DNA of 64,000 nt from Candidatus Tanganyikabacteria bacterium (GTDB lineage: Bacteria > Cyanobacteriota > Sericytochromatia > S15B-MN24 > VGJW01), in the NCBI GenBank assembly GCA_016867235.1, contig VGJY01000003.1, forward strand, positions 406 through 64,405, in the 5' to 3' direction. The notes beneath the pieces are model-generated. The model had not been told where the DNA came from, searched no databases, and was given only the letters and a program-made list of their open reading frames with translations. Made by a program: the position numbers and the translations under genes. This document shows positions 55,284 through 64,000 of the stretch, one piece after another (the stretch's first letter is position 1; every line of letters starts with the position of its first letter).

Positions 55284-56111
55284 ATGGGCGGCCCAGAACT
55301 CACGGTGTACACGGTCTCCGACGCCTCCGGAGAGACCGCTGAGATGGTCGCCAAGGCCGCCGCGCTCCAGTTCAGGGGCCACGCCATAAAGCTGGTGCGG
55401 CTCCCGCGGGCGCGCACTCCCGAGCAGATCGTCGGCATGATCACCCTGGCTGCCCAGACGCCGTGCGTCGTGACGTTCACGATGGTCGACGCGAAGCTGC
55501 GGGCTTCGCTGCAGGCCGAGTCCACGAAGCGCGGGATCCCGACCGTGGATGTCATGGATCCGCTCATCACCTGCATCTCGCGGGCGCTGGGAGCCGAGCC
55601 GCGGCTGGAGCCCGGCCTTCTCCACCACAAGGACGAGCAGTACTTCAACCGGATGGATGCAATCGACTTTGCGATAAAGTACGACGATGGCAAGGATCCC
55701 AAGGGCCTGGTGAAGGCCGATCTCGTCCTGGTGGGAGTGAGCCGGACATCCAAGACGCCGACCTGCATGTACCTGGCCCAGAACCGCGGCATCAAGGCGT
55801 CCAACGTGCCGCTGGTCCTGGGCGTGCCGCCGCCCGAGGAGCTGTTCCACCTGCCGGCCGGCCGGGTAATCGGCCTTACCCTGCACTCCCGGACGCTGAC
55901 CGAGATACGCCATCAGCGACTGGCGAACCTGGGGCTGGGCCCCAGCGCGAGCTATGCCAAGCAAGATCACATCGAGCGCGAGCTGGATTACGCCGAGGGC
56001 ATTTTCCGGCGCCTGCGCTGCCCGGTGGTCGACGTCACCCACAAGGCGATCGAGGAGACCGCCGCGGAAATCCTGGAAATCACCCAGCGCAAAGAGACCT
56101 ACGTCCTGTAG
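55284..56111 (+). CDS. Pyruvate, phosphate dikinase regulatory protein (PDRP, DUF299 kinase/pyrophosphorylase)
   Basis: P-loop LVGVSRTSKTPTCMYLA. Directly upstream of ppdK. Alternative starts at 55266/55275. Confidence 0.8.
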   Translation: MGGPELTVYTVSDASGETAEMVAKAAALQFRGHAIKLVRLPRARTPEQIVGMITLAAQTPCVVTFTMVDAKLRASLQAESTKRGIPTVDVMDPLITCISRALGAEPRLEPGLLHHKDEQYFNRMDAIDFAIKYDDGKDPKGLVKADLVLVGVSRTSKTPTCMYLAQNRGIKASNVPLVLGVPPPEELFHLPAGRVIGLTLHSRTLTEIRHQRLANLGLGPSASYAKQDHIERELDYAEGIFRRLRCPVVDVTHKAIEETAAEILEITQRKETYVL

Positions 56112-56140
56112 TCCGCCCCTAGAGACCTGGAGGTAAGCAC

Positions 56141-58816
<2,676 letters not shown>

Positions 58817-58835
58817 CTTCTAGGCGTGTCCTGAT

Positions 58836-58858
58836 GCCGGCGCCCGAGGGCGCCGGCC
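58836..58858. terminator. GC-rich hairpin between convergent ppdK and the TPR gene (bidirectional terminator candidate)
   Basis: GCCGGCGCCC-GAG-GGCGCCGGC, about 9-10 bp stem, overlapping the TPR gene stop. Weak U-tract. Confidence 0.4.
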
Positions 58859-59886
58859 TACTTCTTTTCGATGATCGGCACCGAGTAAGTGGCGCCGGGG
58901 ATGAACTTGCGGATGACCTGCGGCTTGTCCCTGTCGTCGAGTTCCTTCTTGACGAACTGGAAGGCGATCGACGCCGAGGCGTTGGTGGGATCCAGCTGCA
59001 GGCTGCGGTCGAAGCGGTCGTAGGCCTCCACCAGGCGCTTGCCGTCCACCAGTTTCTTGCCCTCCCAGTAGAGGTCGGCCGACGCCGCGATCTTCGCCTC
59101 GCCCAGCATCGTCTGGCTCTCGAGATCGCCGGGCTTGAGCCGGACGGCCTCTTCGAGGAGGTCCACGGCGGCCTCGTTGCGCCCCTCCCGGAGCATCGTG
59201 CGCGATTCGGTCATGAGCTCCTGGTAACGCTTCTCGAGGATGCGCTTCGGATCGTTCTCGGCCGCCTCGCGCTCGCGATTCTGCGCGGCTTCCAGCTTCT
59301 CCACCTCCTGGAGCTTGCCCAGCGAGAACGTGCTGTTGCGCTTGGCCACGTTGAACATCTTGCGGGCGTTTTCCCAGTCCTTCAGCTCGATGAAGTACAG
59401 GCCCCAGGTGTTGTACAGGGCATCGCGCAGGTCGGCGCCGATCCCCAGCTTGCCCGTGCGATCGAGTTGCTTCTTGGTCGCCTCCACATCGTGCTCGTTT
59501 TGCAGGAGCGCGATGGCCAGGAGCAGGTTGTTCTGCACGTCCTGGGGCTCGTCGGCGACCAAGCGCTGGTAGACCATTGTTCCCTCGATGCCGGTGAAGG
59601 TCGAGAAGATGGCGATGCGGCGATTCTGGGCGCTGTCCTTGCGGGCTAGCGCCTGGCCGGCCTCGTGGACGAGCGGCGGGAAGACGTTCTGGTAGCAGTC
59701 GGCCAGCAGCCCCCACGCCCGCGGCTCGTTGGGGAAGGTCTTGGTGAATTTTTCCAGGATGGGGATCGCGTCCTGGTACTGCCCCGCCTCCATGTAGCCT
59801 CGCGCCTTGGCGAGTTCGCCGGCCATCGCCGCCGTCGGAACGGTCAGGGCGATCGCCAGCGCGAGGAAGAGCGCGCGAAACTTCAT
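58858..59886 (-). CDS. Secreted TPR-repeat protein
   Basis: Signal peptide MKFRALFLALAIALTVPTAAMA. TPR-like helical repeats. Confidence 0.7.
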   Translation of the reverse strand: MKFRALFLALAIALTVPTAAMAGELAKARGYMEAGQYQDAIPILEKFTKTFPNEPRAWGLLADCYQNVFPPLVHEAGQALARKDSAQNRRIAIFSTFTGIEGTMVYQRLVADEPQDVQNNLLLAIALLQNEHDVEATKKQLDRTGKLGIGADLRDALYNTWGLYFIELKDWENARKMFNVAKRNSTFSLGKLQEVEKLEAAQNREREAAENDPKRILEKRYQELMTESRTMLREGRNEAAVDLLEEAVRLKPGDLESQTMLGEAKIAASADLYWEGKKLVDGKRLVEAYDRFDRSLQLDPTNASASIAFQFVKKELDDRDKPQVIRKFIPGATYSVPIIEKK

Positions 59887-59934
59887 TTGAGCGGATCCTC
59901 TTCATGAGGCCGGCAGGGACGCCGGCCCCACATT

Positions 59935-61176
59935 CTAGGGTTCTGTGCCGTCTATACCCGTCTGATATTCGACGAGAACCTGCTGCACGCGGATCCCTTT
60001 GAGCGACTTGACCGTGACCTTCACGCCCTCGGCGGGTTCGACCACGTCGCCCACGCGGGCGACCCGGCCGAGCGAATTGATGACCAGGCCGCCGATGGTC
60101 TGGTAGCCGTTGACCGGCAACTCGATGCCGAGCGTGTCGTTGAGCTCCGAGATGGCCGTCATGCCGTCCGCCTGCGCCAGGCCGTCGCGGATGCGGCGGA
60201 TGGCGTCCTGCTCTTCGTCGTACTCGTCGCGCAACTCGCCGACGATTTGCTCCAGGATGTCTTCCTGGGTCACCAGGCCCGCCGTGCCGCCATACTCGTC
60301 GCTGACGATCGCCATCTCGATGCCCTGCTGCTGCATCTCCTTGAGCAGTTCGTGCAGCTTCTTGTTCTCCGGCACCGAGTAGGCCGGGCGAATCCACTGC
60401 GCCAGATCGATCGGCTCGCGCCGCGACATCGCGACCAGGAGGTCCTTCACGTGCAGGATGCCGATGATGTCGTCGACATTCTCGCGAATGACCGGCAGGC
60501 GCGAGTAGCCCTGCTCGGCGATGAGCTTTAGCACGCTCTCGAGGGGCGCATCCTCGGGGATGGCCACGATGTCCACGCGCGGCGTGAGGACCGCGTCCAC
60601 GGTGGTATCGTCGAACGCCAGCGCCGAGGTCACCAGGGTGGCCTCGACATCCTCGAGCGCGCCTTGCTCCTCGCCGATCTCCACCAGCGTGCGCAGCTCC
60701 TCCTCGGTGTAGCGCGGCGTCGCCAGCGCCTCCCGACCGCCGAGCAGGCGGATGAAGGGCATCGCCAGCACCAGGGCCGCGCCCACGAGGGGCCGCAGCA
60801 CCGCCATCACGAGCGACACCGGGCGGGCGATCCATTCTGCCACGTCCTGCGCGCGGGCGGTCGCGACCGATTTGGGGACTATCTCCCCGACAACCAGGAC
60901 CAGGGGAGCGAGGACGGCGATGGCGATGAGGGCCGAGAAAGCCTCGTACCGGCTGCCCGCGAGGATCTGGTGGCTGACGTGGGCGCCGAGTACCGCGACG
61001 ATGACGGTCGAGAGGGTGTTTACCAGCAACACGGTGGACATCAGCCGTTGCGGATGCTCGGACAGGTCGGCGACCAGTTTCGCCGCCGGGATTCCTTCGT
61101 CCAGGCGTTGTCGCAGTTTCACGCGATTCAGACCCGTCAGCGCCGCTTCGGCCGCCGAGAACAGCGCCGCCAGCAA
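59935..61176 (-). CDS. CNNM/HlyC-CorC family transporter (DUF21 plus CBS pair plus CorC_HlyC domain)
   Basis: TM-rich N-terminus, CBS pair region (VDAVLTPRVDIVAIPE...), C-terminal transporter-associated domain. TTG start; the true start may be slightly upstream. Confidence 0.8.
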   Translation of the reverse strand: MLAALFSAAEAALTGLNRVKLRQRLDEGIPAAKLVADLSEHPQRLMSTVLLVNTLSTVIVAVLGAHVSHQILAGSRYEAFSALIAIAVLAPLVLVVGEIVPKSVATARAQDVAEWIARPVSLVMAVLRPLVGAALVLAMPFIRLLGGREALATPRYTEEELRTLVEIGEEQGALEDVEATLVTSALAFDDTTVDAVLTPRVDIVAIPEDAPLESVLKLIAEQGYSRLPVIRENVDDIIGILHVKDLLVAMSRREPIDLAQWIRPAYSVPENKKLHELLKEMQQQGIEMAIVSDEYGGTAGLVTQEDILEQIVGELRDEYDEEQDAIRRIRDGLAQADGMTAISELNDTLGIELPVNGYQTIGGLVINSLGRVARVGDVVEPAEGVKVTVKSLKGIRVQQVLVEYQTGIDGTEP

Positions 61177-61348
61177 GAGCGCGAGGGTCAGAACCGTGAT
61201 CTCGATAGAGACCGTACTAATTCAGCCTGCCTCCACCCGGCCGGGAGGCCGGGATTGTCAAGATATTATACCGCCGGGCTACACGGTCCTCTCATAACCG
61301 CGTGCCCGGCGGACATTAATCCTGGCTTAGGGTCGGCCTCGGAGGAGG

Positions 61349-62629
61349 CTAGTCGAGCAGCGCCCGGTAGGCGTTGACCCGGCCGTGGCCGAATTCCTTG
61401 TCGAAGCCGGCGGTGCCGAGATCCTCGGCGGCCTTCTCGACCTTGGCCTGGACGGCCTTGTAATCCCAGTCCGGATGCAGGTCGCGCACCAGGGCGGCGA
61501 TGCCGGCGACGAACGGGGTGGCCATCGAGGTGCCCGAGAGCGTCCCGTAGTCGGTCTTGCCGATCTGGTTCTTGAAGGTCGGCAGGGTCGAGAGGATGGC
61601 GCTACCGGGGGCGCCGACCGAGATGTGGCTGCCCATGTTGGAGAAGCTGCTGCGGCGATCGGCCGAGTCGGTCGAACCGACGGCCATCACGCCCGGCAGG
61701 GCGGCCGGGTAGCTCTTCTTCTCGCGGCCGTCGTTGCCCATCGCGGCGACCAGGAGGGCGTCCTTGGAGATGGCGTAGGCGACCGCGTCCTCGAGGACCT
61801 TCGCCGTGCTGCTGCCGCCCAGGCTCATGCTGATGACCTTGGCGCCCATGTCGGCCGCGTGGACGATGCCGCCGGCGACGCTGTCGTACGAGCCGGAACC
61901 GTAGTCGGACAGAACCTTCTCGGCGAGGATCGTGACGTTTGCGGCGACCCCGACGACGCCTTCGCCGTTGTTGACGCTGGCCGCCGCGGACCCTGCGCAG
62001 TGCGTGCCGTGGCCGTGGCCGTCACGCGGGTTGTCGTTGTTGGCGACGTGGTCGCGGCCCTTCGCGACCCGGCTCTTCTTGTCGGCATCCTGGAAATCGG
62101 GGTGATCCCAGTCCACGCCGGTGTCCACGATGGACAGGATGGTCTTGGCGCTGCCCATGGTGATGGCGTGCGCCCGGGCGGTGTCGCCCTTGACGAGGGC
62201 GTACTGGTCCTTGGCCATCGGGTCGTTGTAGCTGACGGGCTGCACGTCGCCCTGCGGCTGGAGCTGCATCTTGGGAAGCTGCAGGGTGTAGCGGGGCTCG
62301 ACGGCGGCCACGCCGGGGTTCTGCGAGAGGGTCGTGAGGAGCGACTGGGCGCCGATCTTGCCGGCATCGTAGGCCATGACCTTCCAGCCGAGCTTGGCGA
62401 TCGACGCGTTGGTCGGCAGGGCCTTGAGGCCAAGCTGGCTCTGGGCCGAGATCAACGAGGAGGTATTGAGACCGGGCTTCATCTTGACCATGATCTGGCC
62501 GGGCACCGCCTGCGCGGTCATCAGGGAGGCCTGCCCGGTCTGGAGCTGGGCGCCGGGGTTCACTCCGCAGCCTGCCAGGACGGCCAGCGTGGCGGCGATC
62601 GCAGCGGGGTGGACGCGCAGGGGGTTCAT
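61349..62629 (-). CDS. Subtilisin-like (S8) serine protease lipoprotein
   Basis: Lipobox LAGC. Catalytic triad motifs DTGVDWDHPDF, HGTHCAG, GTSMATP. Confidence 0.9.
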   Translation of the reverse strand: MNPLRVHPAAIAATLAVLAGCGVNPGAQLQTGQASLMTAQAVPGQIMVKMKPGLNTSSLISAQSQLGLKALPTNASIAKLGWKVMAYDAGKIGAQSLLTTLSQNPGVAAVEPRYTLQLPKMQLQPQGDVQPVSYNDPMAKDQYALVKGDTARAHAITMGSAKTILSIVDTGVDWDHPDFQDADKKSRVAKGRDHVANNDNPRDGHGHGTHCAGSAAASVNNGEGVVGVAANVTILAEKVLSDYGSGSYDSVAGGIVHAADMGAKVISMSLGGSSTAKVLEDAVAYAISKDALLVAAMGNDGREKKSYPAALPGVMAVGSTDSADRRSSFSNMGSHISVGAPGSAILSTLPTFKNQIGKTDYGTLSGTSMATPFVAGIAALVRDLHPDWDYKAVQAKVEKAAEDLGTAGFDKEFGHGRVNAYRALLD

Positions 62630-62804
62630 CTCGCTTGTTGCTCCTCGTTAATCGGTTGTGTGTTAACTAGGGTTTAGTTATGGGCTAAGCTGAACTTAAC
62701 CTTGCTTTTACCTTAAGGACGCAACGAGGCGGATTCAAGCGGTTTGGCGGAGCTTTATCGAGGATTTAACAGCATGGAGACGAATTTAACGGCCCTTTAA
62801 AAAA

Positions 62805-62840
62805 CCAAGACGAAGCGCCGCCGGGCTCTCCGGCGGCGCG
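62805..62840 (-). terminator. Rho-independent terminator candidate downstream of the small gene 62861..63109
   Basis: On the minus strand: 8-bp GC stem (GCCGCCGG/CCGGCGGC, loop AGAGC) followed by ...CTTGGTTTTTT. Sits in an unusually AT-rich 230-bp spacer upstream of the S8 protease gene. Confidence 0.45.
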
Positions 62841-62860
62841 GTGATATTCTTCTCGTATTG

Positions 62861-63109
62861 TTACGGGCGGTGGAATGCCCTCACGGCTTGCTCGACGGTC
62901 TCGGACATCTTCTTGAGGGCGTCGAGACTGGCGGTGGCATACATCATGAACGCCTGGAACTCCTCGGCGGAGAACCCGCCTTCCTTGCCGACCCCCAGGG
63001 CGCGCCGGCGCATCTCGGCGATCGTCTGCTGCGCGGCCCACGCGCACATCTCGGCCGTCGCCACGCCTTCGACATGTATGGAACCCATTGAGGCCACCAC
63101 CCTTCCCAA
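62861..63109 (-). CDS. Small hypothetical protein (about 75-82 aa)
   Basis: MGRVVASMGSIHVEGVATAEMCAWAAQQTIAEMRRRALGVGKEGGFSAEEFQAFMMYATASLDALKKMSETVEQAVRAFHRP. Followed by the terminator candidate. Confidence 0.4.
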   Translation of the reverse strand: MGRVVASMGSIHVEGVATAEMCAWAAQQTIAEMRRRALGVGKEGGFSAEEFQAFMMYATASLDALKKMSETVEQAVRAFHRP

Positions 63110-63165
63110 CCGCTTTGTATATAGAAAGGGTTTCGTCCGGGGCCGCCTGGCTTAACAGAGACTTA

Positions 63166-63990
63166 TCAGTAGCGGAGGGCCGGGCGGAAGCCGCCCACGG
63201 CGTGCGCCCATGTTCGCTCTTTTACCAGCGCCATTCCCCAGATTCCCGCGGCGTTGTTCCATGCGCCCCCTCGCAAGGTCTTCATCCTGGCAGCCGTGTC
63301 GATGGCGAACGTCGCCCCCCAGAAGGAGTTGACCGCAGCCTGCGTCACTCCGGGCAAGCCCAGCCGACGCAAGCGAAGGTCCGTCGCCAAGGCGGAAACG
63401 AAGTTCGTTCCGGGAGCCACAACCGGCATCGTCAAGTCGTTCAGCAAGTACTTCCCCGTCGTGGCTTCCAGGCCGACCGTCTCGGTCCATTCCCAGGCGT
63501 TCCCGTGGAGATCGAAGACGCCATCTTCAAGGCCGGTGTGGGTCGAGAAGTTCGTCGTGCCTGCCCAGGTGCTCTTGGTCGCCGAACCCGTCAGAGCCAG
63601 AACCTGGGATTCTCCGAACGGATCTTCCAGGAACGTGATGGCGGGGTCGCCGGAGTCCTTTCGGGAATCGGTGTTTCCTGCCACGGAAACACCGTTGATC
63701 GTCGCCCAGACTGCCAGGGCGGTCCACTCGTCGTCTCGCATCAGATGGGCGTGCGCGTCGAAGGCCAGGCAAGTACTTGCGGCCGCGTCCCAATCCATGT
63801 TTCCCCACAACACGCAATACCGGGCGACCTTGAGCGTGCTGCCGGTGCCGGCCGTCGCGCCGGTGCCGGTCGTGGGATCGCCAGGGGTAGCGTCCGACCG
63901 GCTGGCCTCGTACTTGCCGGCGTAGAAGCCGCCGAAGCGCTCTTCGGCCCAGTCGGCGTCCCTGGTGCCGGTGGTCGGCTGGTTGGCCAC
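63166..63990 (-). CDS. FGE-sulfatase (SUMF1/formylglycine-generating-enzyme-like) domain protein
   Basis: Signature segments HGNAWEWT, LRGGAWNN, GGFRPALRY. No signal peptide seen. Confidence 0.7.
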   Translation of the reverse strand: MANQPTTGTRDADWAEERFGGFYAGKYEASRSDATPGDPTTGTGATAGTGSTLKVARYCVLWGNMDWDAAASTCLAFDAHAHLMRDDEWTALAVWATINGVSVAGNTDSRKDSGDPAITFLEDPFGESQVLALTGSATKSTWAGTTNFSTHTGLEDGVFDLHGNAWEWTETVGLEATTGKYLLNDLTMPVVAPGTNFVSALATDLRLRRLGLPGVTQAAVNSFWGATFAIDTAARMKTLRGGAWNNAAGIWGMALVKERTWAHAVGGFRPALRY

Positions 63991-64000
63991 CCAGTAGCCC

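Overview
This 64-kb window is bacterial chromosome at roughly 70% GC. Nearly every long ORF has a same-length antisense ORF, as expected at this GC content. Genes were called by recognisable protein families, by start/stop overlaps that suggest translational coupling, and by RBS-like motifs.

Layout of the window:
- 1..2637: edge of a tRNA-Leu(UAG)-targeted integrative element. It holds a partial unknown gene that runs off the window start and is therefore absent from the ORF track, a tyrosine integrase, and the tRNA.
- 2876..10113: a HEAT-repeat protein; a giant protein with two cyclase-homology domains, an AAA domain and TPR repeats; and a divergent two-gene isoprenoid operon whose product fuses a polyprenyl-diphosphate synthase to a QW-repeat alpha-alpha toroid domain.
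- 10147..18618: a lipoprotein Tyr-phosphatase, a DUF4214 protein, a pspA (ESCRT-III-like) / two-TM coiled-coil protein / classical AAA ATPase operon, hisS with a possible 1-nt-overlapping small ORF, a GNAT/FemAB-like protein and a GT4 glycosyltransferase.
- 18743..32134: a 13-kb segment bracketed by two perfectly identical 128-bp direct repeats. It contains an aldehyde dehydrogenase, an M16 peptidase, dcd, and a six-gene plus-strand operon: a giant Thr/Ser-rich lipoprotein, a FadL-like outer-membrane channel, an unknown protein, a KS-alpha-like protein, a KS-beta/CLF-like protein and an ACP.
- 32133..41182: an AmiC amidase, a tandem cNMP-binding protein, a minimal nucleotidyltransferase, rsmG, tRNA-Val, a protein of three MshEN c-di-GMP-receptor repeats fused to a membrane-anchored C39-like peptidase, a BNR lipoprotein and thiL.
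- 41204..47501: an 11-copy 14-bp minisatellite, then a Firmicutes-style recA-rny-ymdB-spoVS-hpf block, a PilZ protein and tatC.
- 47532..52622: a minus-strand mglB-mglA / GAF-GGDEF diguanylate cyclase / two tandem paralogous unknowns / small-protein operon.
- 52902..63990: a class II Fic AMPylase, a PG-binding protein, PDRP-ppdK, a TPR protein, a CNNM transporter, an S8 protease lipoprotein and an FGE-sulfatase-domain protein.

The outer-membrane features (FadL-like barrel ending in Phe, many lipoboxes) together with the spoVS/rny synteny suggest a diderm terrabacterial-type lineage; the phylum cannot be fixed from sequence alone.

The strongest candidates for something undescribed are the lipoprotein-FadL-KS/CLF/ACP operon, the PspA-AAA module, the MglAB-GGDEF operon, the MshEN-peptidase fusion and the synthase-toroid fusion.
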